From Octopus vulgaris (Eukaryota): a DNA stretch of 64,000 nt. Below, in pieces: positions 1 through 16,007 of this stretch. The stretch's first letter is position 1. Each line of letters begins with the position of its first letter. A program made the position numbers and the translations under genes. Location of the stretch: NCBI GenBank assembly GCA_951406725.2, contig OX597839.1:25792001-25856000 (forward strand), given 5' to 3'. Under the pieces are notes generated by a model, which saw only the letters and a list, made by a program, of their open reading frames with translations, did not search any database and was not told the DNA's origin.

Positions 1-1049
1 CCGTATTTCTGTTGAGATGCTCTGTGTTTCTTTCAATTCATTTTAAATATAAAAAAGAATTTAGTAAAATAACTTGGTTATCAATTCAGCTAGTGTTAGG
101 AACGTAAATTTTAACTAAGATTTGGTGGAAGATTTTAATTCAAAACTTTTGAAAACAAGACATTTATACTAAAGAGACAGAGCTAGTTTCAGCCGTGTTG
201 GTAACAAAAGGGTTAAAGTTAGTGAAGTAACAAGAAATGCAGATGTTAATACCATATTTGGTAGCATATAAGACATTTTTGTTTCCATAAAAAAAAGTTT
301 CAAGAAAAAAGCAAAAAAAAAAAAAAACCACTTTAGGTCATGTTTGTGGCATTTGGCCTCCCTTAAACAAATTCTGTCCCTGGCGTTCAGATTTCTTTCC
401 TGAATATGCGCTGCTGGATTTGGGATGCAGCTAATAATCCCATGCTGTCTTTTATGCCATCAAATTTGGTAATTATTATTATTTTTTTGTTTGTTTTAAT
501 CTTTACCTTACCTGTGTAAGTAAGTTTTCATTAGTAAATTATCATCACCATAATAATTAATTAATAAACATAGCAGAGCAATATTATACTTGGGACCTTT
601 CTAACAACAAGATAGGCAACATTCAACAGCAGATATACAGTCCAAATCATTTACAGAGCAATATTAGCTTTAAAAAAAAAAAAACCCAAAAAACCCATTG
701 TTTTGGGGTGGGTGTTGGTTATTTCTGCCCACACCCAATTTTGAAATTTTCCTTCCAATTAAAAAGAAGAGACTTTATTTTAAAAAACCCAACTAAATTT
801 AAAATGCTTCTCCCACCCTTCCCATTATAAAAATGAAATCTCCCATTAAACAGATCTATAAGGTATGGATTTAAATACTTTTTCATTGCGATTGATTTTC
901 TTCTTCTGAACTTAAAGAACAATACCAAAGTAATTGAAACTTCCCATTCTTCCTTGCAAAATAATGGGACATTTGTGTCAAAACACTCGAGAATGTGTGT
1001 ATATAGATCATATACATTTGTATATATACACACATCCTTATTTCTCTCA

Positions 1050-1080
<31 letters not shown>

Positions 1081-1277
1081 TATATATATATTATGGCTGC
1101 CCCCTCGTTATCGAGTATGGCCATTGCACGAAGCTTAACTGTTATTGGTGCTGTGATCGAATGTGACTTTTTAGCCCAGCTAAAGATCTACAATGTCTTG
1201 TACAAAATTGGCAACTAAGACCTTTACTGGTAATAGCCGGCTGTAGTTGTAACTGGGCTTCATGTACCTTTGCACGT

Positions 1278-1312
<35 letters not shown>

Positions 1313-1989
1313 GATGATGATATATATATACATACACACACACATATATATATATACACATGTATATATATACATTCTATTATTATTAGAGCTGCAAAAA
1401 CATCACAAAAAAAAACTGCTACTCAAAGTTTCATGTTTCCTTTGATCGGGCAGTTGCGATTGTGAAATTCTGAATAGCAGTTTTTCGCAGCTTTGATAAT
1501 AATAATAATAATAACAATAATAATGATAATAAAAAGCTTATTACTCTGCCTCCAATATTCAAGTACTATTTTTTTCCACCTTGTTTTGCAATTATGTGCT
1601 TACTCATGTGTGTATATGTATATATATATATCATATCATGGAATGGTAATGTTTTTTTTTTTGCCAAATAAACACACACACTATATTTGGAGAAAGAAAA
1701 AGAACAAAAAAAAAAATCCTGGAATATAACAATATTTGTTTCAACACACAATTTCATATCAAGAATCTTGCAGAACAAATTCATAAACTTGTGTTTGTGT
1801 ATATATATATATATATATATAATAGCAATGGAAGCAGTTTTAGTACCAAAAGGCAATCTTAATCTCCAACTTAATGTGGATATCGTGTTAAAACACAGAA
1901 TTCTGTGTTATTTACTCTGAGAGTACCACTCATATGGACTTGAGCTACATAAAAGCACTCATTATATAGACAGACAAGAACTGTCTGTG

Positions 1990-2020
<31 letters not shown>

Positions 2021-2667
2021 GATGTGTGTGTGTGCCAGCGTTGCCCCGACAGGCCTCCGTGTCGGTGGCAAATAAAAAGCACCATCCGACCGTGGCTGTT
2101 TGCCAGCCTTGTCTGGCAGCTGTGCCGGTGGCACGTAAAAAGCACCAATCCGATCGTGGCTGTTTGCCAGCCTCGTCTGGCACCTGTGCCAGTGGCACAT
2201 AAAAAGCACCCACTACACTCATGGAGTGGTTGGCGTTAGGAAGGGCATCCAGCCGTTAGAAACAATGCCAGATCAGACTGGGCCTGGTGCAGCCCTCTGG
2301 CTTCCCAGACCCCAGTTGAACCGTCCAACCCATGCTAGCATGGAAAGCGGACGCTAAATGATGATGATGATGACATACCTACAGATACAGATGTACAGTA
2401 AATATTGCTTGTACATGTATGTGTGTGTGTGTGTATATATATATATATGTTAGTGTATACATATATGTTCTCTAACACAAAACAGTTAACCCTTTCATTT
2501 AATTTTAAATATAACAAAGAATTTAGTAAAATAACTTCGTTATCATTAAGCTAGTGTTAGGAACATAAATTGTGACTAAGGTTTGGTGGAAGATTTTAAT
2601 TCAAAACTCATGAAAACAAGACAACTGTACTACAGAGGTGGTTTCAGCCAAGTTGGTGTTGAAAGGG

Positions 2668-3012
2668 CTGTTGCGGAGACTCCCTTCAGTCATGACTCGA
2701 CCATGGGATTGCACCAAGAAAGTTACCCTCCCAGGCACAAGTCCAGGCAAGGATGTTTATGCAAGACCAGCAGTTGCCCATGCATACCAGCCTCCCCCTT
2801 CTTCACACCACCAGTGTTATCCAAAGGAAAGGCAAAGGGGTCGATACAGCTTGGCACCTGTGATGTTGCAACTAATTTCTACAGCTGAGTGAACTGGAGC
2901 AACGTGAAATAAAGTGTCTTGCTCAAAGAACACAACACACAGCTCGGTTCGGGATTCGAACTCACTACCTCACAATTGTAAGCTCGACGCTCTAACCACT
3001 GAGCCATGCACC
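2668..3012 (-). mobile_element. tRNA-derived SINE inserted at the end of a piggyBac-like MITE
   Basis: Minus-strand A box TGGCTCAGTGG and B box GAGTTCGAATCCC; TGAAAGGG on both flanks; partial relative at about 57790-58045. Confidence 0.7.
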
Positions 3013-3139
3013 ATGAAAGGGTTAACGTGATTGTTAAATACTTGTAGGAACATTCAGTCTAGTCTATAGATATAATAATGACTTGAAAGCCAAACCAAAG
3101 TCTCATGCAGTGGACACCCTTGGCTGCATATATATATAA

Positions 3140-3197
<58 letters not shown>

Positions 3198-5089
3198 GTT
3201 TGTCAGCTTCCATTTGAAAGGTTGGTCAATGCCTCTAAACTAAAAGCAACCACTGTAAGTATACAGGAAACACATAAAAATAAAAATTAAAAAATTTTAA
3301 AAAACCAACAACCAGAAACCATTTCATTCATAAAACACAACTGAAAGACCTGCCCTCATACAAGGAACTTCGTCATCATCATCTTATGGCAGTTTATATT
3401 TATATATATATTATATATATCTAAAACACACACAAATTTGTTGCTTTATTACAGTTCATATTAATTAATCTATCTTAGTTGAACGGAGAGTTTAGACTAC
3501 GACATTGTTTATCCAAGGGTCACGTTCAATGTGTAAGTCTGGTTAGAAAGGCCCTGCACATATGGGATTGAAATATCTCAAAGTGGCCCCTGTTCTAGAG
3601 ATACTCAATTAAGAGTGCTTTATTAACACTTTGCCTGACTTTTCGGATTTTAGGAAAAAAAAAAAAAAGACAATAGTGATTTCAAATTTTTTGCCACAAG
3701 GGCAACTTGGGGCAGGAGATTAAGTTGATTACATCGACCACTAGTGTTTCACTGGTACTTCATGTATTGACCCCGAAATGATGAAAGACAAAGTCAACCT
3801 TGGTGGAATTTGAACTCTGAACATAGCGACAGGTGAAAAACCGCTAAGCGTTTCATCTAGTGTGCTGACAGTTCCGCCAGCTCACCATCTTAATAATGGT
3901 TTCAAAATTTGGTGCAAGGCCAGCAATTTTGAGAGAGAGGTTAAGTTGACTACATTGGACCCCAGCATTCAACTGGTACTTATTTTATCAACCCTGAGAG
4001 GATGAAAAGCCAAGTCAACCTCAGTGGAATTTGAACTCAGAACGTAAAGATTGATGAAATGCCGCTAAGCGTTTCACCCGGTGTGCTAATGATTCTGCCA
4101 GCTCACCATCTTCATAATAATAATTACAAAAAGAAAAATTAATTTAAAAATAAGCTAGAGAACATTGACTAAATTCAACAGGGCTACACAGAGAAAGGAG
4201 CAGGGAGAAAAAAATAAAAGGAAAATATTTTAGATATATTTTTTTTTATATTAGTTTATATGACTTCATATTTGTTTATATGACCCCCCATCACTGATCT
4301 TCATAAAGCAAAACTAAGGAGACCAGCAAAAGACGAGGTTAATGTTTAGGAAAGGGAATAATTCTTTAAACTAGCTGAAATGTTTAATCGTATTCACAAC
4401 CAACCACCAGACTGCTGTAAAAATAAGGTTTAAATTGAATACTTTGACAAGAAACCCTGAAGATTAACCGTTTAGCATTTGAACCAATCCAAACTGTTCT
4501 CCCTTTTTTATTATTCAACCTGGCCAGATATGGCCCCTCACACTTACTCTACAAGGTCATTCTAAAGAATTATCACATCAAAATCTCCAAGCCTGATTAA
4601 CTCAATACAATGTGAATAAGGAAGCATTACATTTGACAGAGTAATTTGAATGCTAAAGGGTTGGATTAGCTGGATCCAGCGCAAATCTTTTTGGTTTCAG
4701 GTTTGGACTGGATCGCTCCAGCCTCATCCCACAATAAACAATCTCATCACTGAAATCTCAAAGCTATGAGATAATCCGGGATTTAAGAAGATGGGCCTAC
4801 AGTGAACAAATAAGCATTACATTCGACTGAGTAACCTGAATGCTGAAGGGAGAACTTTTACATAGAGGGATTCTATTAAAAATCCCTAAAAACAAGCAAA
4901 AACCCTTCTGACATGGCAATTTCTGCGTTGTTTGTCATACATGTGGACTGAAGTGGTTTTCTTGTAGCCTGATAGTTGAGGTGGCCTGGTTGCACACGAG
5001 AAAGGCAAGTTCTTGAATGCTTGCCTTTGGGTGGGTAGATCAGGGCAGTTTAAAGATTTCTTTATAAAGTCCAACAGGTTATACATTAA

Positions 5090-5310
5090 CCCTTTCGTTA
5101 CCAACCCGGCTGAAACCGGCTCTGGCTCTTTAGTACAAATGTCTGGTTTTCAAAAGTTCTGAATTAAAATCTTCCACCAAACCTTAGTCACAATTTATGT
5201 TCCTAAAACTAGCTTAATGATAATGAAGTTATTTTACTAAATTCTTTGTTATATTTAAAGTAATTGGAAGAAACACAGAGCATCTGAAAATAAATACAGT
5301 AACGAAAGGG
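5090..5310. mobile_element. piggyBac-like MITE (representative; other copies near 1-212, 2490, 10442-10663, 17760-18148, 27726-27947, 28039-28261)
   Basis: TTAA|CCCTTTCGTTAC...GTAACGAAAGGG|TTAA: TTAA target duplication and CCC/GGG terminal inverted repeats, non-coding. Confidence 0.85.
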
Positions 5311-7377
5311 TTAACAGTATTTCCCTTATAGTAGCAATCAGTGAAGTGAACACTTTTTTCTTCTTCCTATTTCAATCACACAGTTTGCACAATTCAGGTT
5401 GGTTGCTTAACGAACATATTGGAAATGTCTAAGGCTACTTAATAATAATTATAAAAACGCTGGAGGAGACTGCACATGAAACTTAACGAACTTATTGTGT
5501 TAAATATACGGGATCATTGAACAAACAAAACTTTTAACCGAATTTCAAAGTAACATGTTAACTGCTACGTCCTGCGACTGGAACTTGCTGGTGATGCCAC
5601 ATATTGCATGGGGTCACACTGCATGGGGTCACACTGCATTCTGTTTAATTGCAAGGAAATTTAATTTTTTTTTTGCATTTTTACAATATTTCATAATTAA
5701 ACTTTAATATTTAGTATTCATGGTATTTAAACATCCTTGAAATCATGTCAAATACAGAATAGAATAGTTTCTTGAATTATGAGAATGTAGCACGGGTGGG
5801 TGCATGTGGTGGTCACATGAAGTCTGAAATGCCACACTGGTGGCACATGTGGAAGTTAATGTGTTAAATTGTAAATTACTTCGGGGAAAAATATTTAAAG
5901 TGTGTGTGTGTGTGTGTGTGTGTTAAACAAAAATAAAATGGAGGATGCAGAAGCGGACTGCAAGCCCGAATGAACCAATGCGTGAAATATAGGGTATTTT
6001 TGAACAAACAGAACTTTTAACAGAATTTCAAATGAAACTGTAAAACACTTTGAATTAAAAAAAAAAAAAAAGGGGGTCATTATGTGTGTGTGTGTGTGTG
6101 TGTGTGTAGGAAAATGTGTAGAAAAGTAATGCCCTGTCGAAATAACAGGGTAGAATCATTGAGCATGTGAAGTAGAACAGTGCTGACTTCAGAGTAGAAG
6201 AGAAAAACGTTATGGATGGCTTTTGAAATTTACAGAATTTCCAAATTTATAAACATTTAAAAACCAAACGAAGTCTGTGGCATGCTGACACTGAAATTCT
6301 GAAAGCAACAGTTATCTCCCTTACTGCATCATTTTATTTACCCCCTTTTGTCTTTTCTTTTTTCGTTAAAAGTCACAAAGATTGAAAGAAAATATTGAGA
6401 TAGGAAAGACTTCTTGACTTGTGAATAAAACAAAAAAGGAAATTAACTGAAAGCAGAAATTTCAGTAGAAATATGAAGGAAAAAGAAAATAATAATAATA
6501 ATAATAATAATAAAAATAAAGAAACAATCCTCTGCGTAATTTGAAGAAAACAGCAGATATTTTTCTTCGTGTTTTATTCTTACACTCCACATAAATTTGG
6601 AACCAGATTAGTGAGGGTTTTTTAAATTTTTTATTTAAAAATTCTTTGTACTCAAACTGTCTTTCATTTCCCCTTCCTAAGTTGATAAATTGTAATTTCA
6701 CAGAAAGGAAACTGAACAGAAATCACAATCTTTAAACCATTCTTCTCGAGAGCTGCAAATTGAGCCAAATGTTAAAAAGTTTGTTTTTTGCTTTTTTTTT
6801 TTATTATTATTATTTAAGTACACTAGCATCATATTGATACACAATGGGAACTACAGCAACTCAAATTTCATGTCCGATATATCATTATTTTTTTTTTTTT
6901 ATAGTATTTTTTTCAATTTTATTTTATTTCAATGGTTTGAAACAAGAGGCTGAGAGAACTAAAATAAAAATAGTAACAACTATATCATAAATTGTAAGCA
7001 TGTTTTGAAATTTCATTTTTAAATACCTCTGATGAATGCAGGGAAATTTCTTAAAGTCCATAGACTTGATTTTATTCAAAGATTCTTTTTTTTTTTTTCA
7101 TTTTTGCTGTCTGTCTGTGAATTCCATCTCAAAGAACATGCTAAAAGGAATGGTCTACAAGCACGAAGATCGTAAAGGAAACTGCCAAACTGGTTTGAAA
7201 GTTGTTGGTTTTTTTTTTTTCTTTTCTTTTCTTCTGTTATTTTATTAATTTCTCTTTTTTTTTGTTTGTTTCTTCTTTCTTTAGTTCCTCTGAAGCTACA
7301 CAGTCTGCGAGAAAATACATCAATCTTTCCATTCCAGACCATAACATAAGTGTAACAAGCATCACTTGGCCCCACTT

Positions 7378-7433
<56 letters not shown>

Positions 7434-8263
7434 TATCAACATCCTAAATACACACAATACTGGCAACAGCCACACACTTACAAAAATAAAATAAATATTA
7501 TTATCATCATTATCGTCATCATCATTATTATGCAGTTTAATTAATTGAATTTGTTGTGAGCGTTTGCATTAGCTCCATCTCCGTCAACGACAATCACACA
7601 AACAGCTTTGAAATCCCAACAGTTGGTGGCTCTGGAATGTAATATCAACCGTCTTACCACATCATGGTCAGCATCTCAAAAACATGCAAAATATGTCCTA
7701 CAATCAGCTTTAAAATTAAATATACAGCATTTAAAAAAAAAAAACAATTTTGGTTATTTTTGTTCTGTTTTTTTTTTTTTAATAGAAAAAAATTGTGATT
7801 TCTATTTTGTAATGCAAAAAAACCCTCTCACATATACATCGGGTACATACAGTCGCACAAGCATGTTCATCAGTCTTTGCATCTGCTGTTTTTGTCAAAC
7901 CTAACGATAGATTAGCTGTTTAGCATGACGTGTGTGTGTGTGTGTGTGTGTTTGTGTGTGCGTGAATATGTATGTATGTATGTATGTGTCTCTCTTACTC
8001 TTTTACTTGTTTCAGTCATGTGACTGTGGCCATGCTGGAGCACCGCCTTTAGTCGATCAAATCGACCCCAGGACTTATTCTTTGTAAGCCTAGTGCTTAT
8101 TTTATCGGGCTCCTTTTTTGCCGAACCGCTAAGTTACGGGGACGTAAACATACCAGATATATAGAGAAGTAAATATATATAGAGAGAGAGCGCGGAAGAG
8201 AAAGTGTGTGTGAGAGTGAGAGAGAGAGGAAGAGAAAGTGTGTGAGAGAGAGAGAGGAAGGGA

Positions 8264-8305
<42 letters not shown>

Positions 8306-8554
8306 CTGAGAGAGCTGTATGTATAAACACATAGGGTGGTCCAAAAGTCACAAAGAGGTTTGAAATTTTAATAAATTTGTATTTAATTAGGGCTTTCTTC
8401 ACATCTAGCATACATTTATTTCTTATATATCCACACACACACACACACACACACAAATAATATATGTACTGTATATGATGTTAAGGAATTATAAATTTTT
8501 GAACAGGACATAAACGAATTACAAAATATTGAAACACCTTTGTGACTTCAAGGC

Positions 8555-8591
<37 letters not shown>

Positions 8592-10006
8592 TACTGTATT
8601 TTGTTCACAAGTTTCAATCAAGAAGCTATGTTCTATCAAAAGACCCAATAGCCTCTTGAAAAACAGAGGAGGAAAAAAAAAAAAAAACAGAATTGGATAC
8701 TAAATATATATATAAATGGTGAAATGACTAAAAAATGTATATTGAGAGAAGAGAATTAGGAAAGAAGCTAAAAGACAATTTAATTGAAGGTGTTGGGATT
8801 AAGCTAACACACACATACACACACACACGAAGTGGACATAACAGAGAGGCTAGCACCATATAATGGTGAAGAAAATGTTGTCACCGTGGAAACAACTCCT
8901 TTATATATAAAGAACTGCACACGCACACACGCACACACACATACGCACATACACACAAACACACACACACAGCGTTTCAATTGCTGCATCAATAGATCAA
9001 ATGAAAACATTCTCAATAATAAAAGAGTTTTGTTTGTTTTTTGTTTTTCTTTGTGTTACAAGGATGGCATCGGACAAAAGGCAACCAATTCACACGGCTG
9101 AGGCTTGGTGTATTTTTTTTTACGTGGTTTTTTCACTTGTATTTTTTGTTTGTTTGTTTGTATTTTTTTTTTTTGCAGATCCAAATCGAAAACATAACAA
9201 AAAAAAAAAAAAAAAAAAAAAAACTATACATTTTAAACATTAAACATGAAAAAAAAAAAAATCTATAATATTTCTGGAGAGCAATCCAAACCTTTCAGTT
9301 AAAAAAAAATCGTTAGAAGCACAAGGTATTTCTTTAATTAAGAAATAGTTAGTAGCCTAAAATATGTACCTGGGTGAAGTTTTCCAAAAAAAACCATAAT
9401 TATTGTAATTATGCCTTTTCCTTCATTATTTTGTTTGTTTTTTTTTTTTCGTTTCCTGAGAACGGATTACATAATTCTCAACAGAGCTTTGGACACACAA
9501 CAAACAATTAATTGTTACTAAAAGTCGTTAATACTATAAAAAAAAAAAAATTTAATCAAGTCATCTAATTAGAAATAACCCAAAGTGAAAAGATAATAAT
9601 AGTTATAATAATAATAATAATAATAATGTTTTCTACTACAGACACAAGGCTTGAAATTTGGGGGGGAGAGGGGACAGCTGATGACATCGACCCCAGTACG
9701 CAACTGGTACTTATTTTATTGACCCCCGAAAGGATGAAAGGCAAAGTCGACCTCGGCGGAATTTGAACTTTGAATGTTTTAAGATGGACGAAATGCTGCT
9801 TTCTGTTATAGGCAGAAGGCCCGATGTTTTGAGGGGAGGGGGAAGCCAACTACATTGGTAGCAGTACTTGACTGCTTCTTTGTTTCATCAACTTCCCAAA
9901 GAATGTAAAGCAAAGTTGACCTCGGTGGGATATGAACTCAGAACACAAACCGGCTGAAGAAATGCCACATTAATGATTCTATTAGCTGGCCACCTTTGAT
10001 TGTTAA

Positions 10007-10049
<43 letters not shown>

Positions 10050-11940
10050 TCTTTATACCATAGACACAAGGCCTGAAAATTTTGGGGGAGGGGACCAGTC
10101 GATTACGTCGATCCCCAGTGTATCACTGATATTTAATTTATCAACCCCAAAAGGATAAAAGGCAAAGTAATAATAATAATAATAATAATAATAATCCTTT
10201 CTACTAAAAGCACAAGGACTGAAATTTGTGGGGACAGGGACTGGTCAATTACATCGACCCCAGTGTTTCACTGGTTCTTAATTCATCAACCCTGAAAGGA
10301 TGAAAAAGGCAAAGTTAACCTTAGCAGAATTTTTTACTCAGAACATAGCGACAGGTGAAAAACCGCTAAGCATTTAGCCTGGCGTGCTAATGATTCTGCC
10401 AACTCACCACCTTATAATAATAATAATAAAAATAGTATTAACCCTTTCATTACCAATCCGGCTGAAACCGGTTCTGGATCTTTGATATACATGTCTTGTT
10501 TTCATAAGTTTTGAATTAAAATCTTCCACCAAATCTTATATGCAATTTATGTTCCTAACACTAGCTCAATGATAACCAAGTTATTTTACTAAATTCTTTG
10601 TTATATTTAAAATTAATTGAAAGAAACACAGAGTATCTCTAAATAAATTCAGTAATGAAAGGGTTAAAGTTGCAGAGCAGTTTGAGTTCATCCAGAGATC
10701 TCTGATTCATACATCAAGAGAAAATATAATGGAAATTGCTGAAACTATTCAAGGGTGTGGCAAAGGCGTATAGGAGGGGCGTTAAGGGATTCTTTGTTGC
10801 TTCTGGAAGTCAGATTTTCATTAAAATGATATGTTCTCATTACAGTTAATTAGCTGCTTCTCAGGATTTAAGCCAACCATATCTTGCCCAAAATGTTCAG
10901 ACTATGCAGATCCAGCCCCTCACGTCTATGCTTTAATGTCGTTCTAAAAACAAATTAAGCAATTGCATCGTTAGAATCTCAAAGCTAGAAGATAATCTTG
11001 GATTAATTCAAAACCATGTGAATAAATAAGCATTGATAGGGTAATCTGAATGCTAAAGGGTTGATGCTTTGGCATTTAAACCTGCCACATCCGACCTAAA
11101 TATTCTACCTGTTGTATCTTTAGGTCAACCAGATCTGGCTTCTCACACCTATCCTACAGTGTCGTTTTAAAAATAAACAATCACATCGGCAAAATCCCAA
11201 AAGCTATGAGATAACGCTTGATTTAATTGAAGACAATGTGGATAAATAAGAATTATATTAGACAGGGTAACCTGAATGCTAAAAGGGTCGAATTAAACAA
11301 AAGTGAAGATATGAAAAATAAGACTAAACAAAGTGGAGAAAGAAAGGCAGAGAGAGACACACAGACAGAATATTTGCAATGACAGAAATAATAGGAAACT
11401 CCGTAATAAGGAGTCATAGAGTTTTGTTAGTCGACAGTAAAAATATACAAACAAATTAATTTTAATTTTAGTAACTCAATAATGAAACTTGCTTATGTTT
11501 CTTCATTTTATTGTAAAATACTCAAATAATTCTACATTTTCAATATGCGATTGGTTCTTTTTTTTTTTTAATATGTATTTTTATTCTCATTTTTTTTTTT
11601 AGAAAAAAAAAATCTTTATTTTAAAGTTTAAAAAAATATTGGAAAAAAAAAAAAAATTAATAATAATAATAATAATAATTATAATAATAATAAAACAGCT
11701 AATTAAAAATAAGGCTGATTCCTTCAGAGTCAAAACATAATATATGTGGGTTGTTAACAGAAGTTATTTACAGCGGAGGAGGAGACAGAAAAAAAAAGTA
11801 AATAAAAAAAAAGGGTAAAAAAAAAGAAAAAGAAAAGTAAAAATAGAAAAAGAGCAGCAATGATAATAGTTCAAGGGCTGCTTTGCTCCTGTATTTCTAA
11901 CCATAAACAAATTTATTACTAAAACTGGCCATATATACAC

Positions 11941-11971
<31 letters not shown>

Positions 11972-13264
11972 GGTATGTATACACACACATACATATGTGT
12001 GTATGTGTATATATATATCTATAGATAGATACACACAGACACAAATATATATATACCATCATCATTTAACATCCCTTTTCCATGCTGGCATGTATTTACA
12101 TGCATTTCAATATATATATATGTATTTACATGTATGTATATGTGTGTATATATATGTGTGTGTGTGTTTGGCAGGGGTTATCTTTTCCTGAAGCAAATTT
12201 TAGAGAATAAATACTGTGTGAACTTACAAATGTGTATATATGTGTGTGTGTGTGTGTGTATAAAGGAGAGAGTTAACAAAAGGGAAAAAAAAGAGAGAGA
12301 GAGAGAGAAAGAGAGAAAAAAGGTGACAGGTTGATGAAGCCCCCGGCTACTTTTACTCCTTCATTGAAGAAACCATAGAATGTGGAAAAAAATTATTTAG
12401 AAAAAAGATGAAAAAAATTTATTAAAAAGTATCTCCTACCCCACATCCCTTGCATTTACAAAACAAAAAAAAAAACCTTAACAAAGAGAAAATAAGATTA
12501 AAAATTTTCATGGTGGGATTAACATGCCTAACTCTGGCAGGATATTTTATTATGAAATAAAAGAAAATATATTTTTAAAAAAATGACTATGATTAAAAAA
12601 AAAGACTGATTCTTTGTTGTGAAAGCAATGCTTATGTGTCTAAAATAACAATTCCCAACACCTGAGCTTAGGTTTACTCTGGACTCTCTACTCTGGAGTT
12701 CACATCGTTAACAACTGGATAGAACCAAGTTTCATTTGAGTTGGAAAGCAAACCGTAAAAAGTTGCCGGAATTTTTTATTTTAATTTTTTTTTATTAATT
12801 TAAATTGAAAAATAGCAATGGAAGTTTCAAAAAATAGGAAAAAAATAAAAACGAATTAATGTGCTGCTACACACACACACATACACACAATCACGCACAT
12901 ACACAAATATGCGCAAAGAAAATTAATGAAAAAGACCCTCTAAGTGGAAAGATGTTAACATAGTTGTTTGGGGGGAAATGATAGTATAAGCTAACATCAT
13001 CTTAAGTGTGGTTCATACATAAGAGGAGTATACGAATATGACTATATAAATAATGTAATCAAAAAACAGAAAAATAAGTAATTGGTGTATATGGACATTT
13101 CAGGAGTTATTGTGCCGTTATCAGTATCGCATCCATCCTGTTAACTATCCATGAATACATTGCTTAAATAGCCATCAAATATAGCCGTGTAACATTCTCC
13201 TATTTTTGATTGCATAGTTTACATAGGCAAATTCATATATGAAACATCATAACTTGCAGGCTCT

Positions 13265-13318
<54 letters not shown>

Positions 13319-13893
13319 TACATACCTGGGTCCTGTTTTTACTTGTGCGTGTACCTTTACACACGTACACTCATAAAAGCAAACATTTACTAACAGACAC
13401 ATACACACACGTCTATATGCAAGTGTAAACCAACACCTGCACGCGTGCACCACACATACACACATATATATACACACAGTAAGAACCACAGATCGTGTTT
13501 AGAAACGGAAAGAAAGAGATTAAGGAGATAAGAAAGTAAAGTTTGAGATGCAACAAATTCTGGTCAAAATCCTCATTATTATCATCATCATCATCATCAT
13601 AATTATCATTGAAACTTGATGTTACTCTTCACAGAGATGAATACACAATGAGAAGAATGTGATGCCATACGGAATGGAGTCAATCGCTATGTGTTGCATA
13701 TTGTATCATGCTTTGCTTATTGTCTATTATTATTATTATTATTATTATCATCTTCATCATTTCGTCCTTTGACATTGTTCTCCATGTTTTGGGCTCTTGT
13801 GACCAATAAAAGAAATCACTATTATTATCATAATTACTATTGATATTATGTCTTCAGGTTTCCTTCACTATCAACCAATATTACATAGATATA

Positions 13894-13935
<42 letters not shown>

Positions 13936-13950
13936 GTATATATATATATA

Positions 13951-14140
13951 GCGGAGTAAACACATAGATGTGAAACAAGGTGGAAAAAAGAGTACTCAAA
14001 TACCAGTGGTAGAGTAATATGCTTTATTTAAAGCAGCAGAAAATTCAACAAAACCTGTTACTCTGAGTTTCGACGAACGGGAACGTGAAACTCAGAGTAA
14101 CAGGTTTTGTTGAATTTTCTGCTGCTTTAAATAAAGTATA
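13951..14140 (+). mobile_element. Penelope-like pseudo-LTR remnant: perfect 50-bp inverted repeat with minimal hammerhead-like motif
   Basis: Arms 14022-14071 and 14087-14136 are exact reverse complements; loop plus right arm read cGACGA-ACG GGAA CGT-GAAA-CTCAGAG-TA-acagg; embedded in (TA)n. Confidence 0.65.
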
Positions 14141-14176
14141 TATATACATATATATATATTCACAAACCAACTTTCT

Positions 14177-14207
<31 letters not shown>

Positions 14208-14280
14208 GCACACACACATACACATAAGTGGCCGGCCATAAGTCATAACAAAAAAAAAGTTTTAAAAAGTATTTTTCATC

Positions 14281-14319
<39 letters not shown>

Positions 14320-14812
14320 GAGAGAGATAGAAAGAGAGAAAGAAATCCCCTCCGGTATGGAAAAAAAACCAAAAAAAAACAAAACAGTTTATTACAAGAC
14401 TGAAAGGCTAAATATTAAATCTGCTGTCAAAATTAGCTTTGTATATATTTTTTTAATATTTATTTTTAAAAGTCTTTTTTGTTTGTTTGTTGTAGTCCCC
14501 ATTTAACAAATTTTAAGCACAGTCAAGTGTGGTGCTTTTTATATTTATATTTATATATATATTTATATATATATATATATATATATATAGTATTTTTCTT
14601 TCTTTATATATATTGACAAATAAGATTCAAGCATAAGGTGAACCCAAACAGAAACACATCCCAACTCCCTGAGGTTTCTTTCCATCGCTTCTTCCATTAA
14701 TCATGGGTGGAGTAGTCAAAAAACAAAAAACCCCAAAAAAAACAACAGCTTGTCTTCCAATTACATTCTCTTCCATAGATACACACACACAGAGACATAT
14801 ACATATATATAT

Positions 14813-14859
<47 letters not shown>

Positions 14860-14913
14860 CATATATATAAATACATATATATAAATACATATATATAAAT
14901 ACATATATATATG

Positions 14914-14996
<83 letters not shown>

Positions 14997-15072
14997 GTAT
15001 TTCTGACGTAAATTTGCTACCCAGATATCGGTTAACCGAATTATCCATACTAGGATAATTCATTCAACTACT

Positions 15073-15113
<41 letters not shown>

Positions 15114-15215
15114 ATATATGTATGCCATTTAGATATATATATATATATATATCACATATATATATATATTATATATATGTATCAATATACATATGTATAC
15201 ATATATAAGACTGAG

Positions 15216-15253
<38 letters not shown>

Positions 15254-15789
15254 CAAGCACATTACAGTATTCAGGTAATGACCTGAGAAAGGAAAAAAAT
15301 ATTGGAATTAGTGGGGCGTTTTTTTCTTTTTTTTTTTTTTGTGGCAGCAGAAAGATGGACAGGGAGAGTAAACAAAGAAGCATCCACCAGGTGTCGCCAC
15401 GAATGGTGTTTGGTCTTACATTAAGGTAAGAGCTGATGGCAAGTAGAAGTTGAACACAGGTACTTAAAGGCGTAAAGAAGTGGGGAGAAACGGAAAGGGA
15501 CACAAAGCCGTAGGGTGTGGGGTGGATAACAAGAAGAAGAAGAAGACGACAGTAGGCGATATTTAGGACTATGGTAAGGTAAGGCGCGAGGAGAGAGGGG
15601 GAGAATAAGAGGAGGCAGGTGAGAGGAAGTGGGGTTGGAGAAGAATAAAGGGAGAAAAAAATTGAAAAACAGGCAGCAGAAAATAAAGGAATGGAAGAGA
15701 TTGGATAAAGTTAGACTGTTACATAGTTTTATAGGCATACAGGTAAATACATACACACACACACACACACATATACATACATACATACA

Positions 15790-15853
<64 letters not shown>

Positions 15854-15854
15854 A

Positions 15855-15896
<42 letters not shown>

Positions 15897-15967
15897 TCCA
15901 GCATGGCCGCAGCCAAATGACTGAAACAAGTAAAAGAGAGAGTATATATATATATATATATGTACAA

Positions 15968-16007
<40 letters not shown>

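Noticed and set aside
2940-3010. tRNA-like sequence with A and B boxes
   Set aside because: Head of a SINE that continues into a repeat body; no complete cloverleaf evident.
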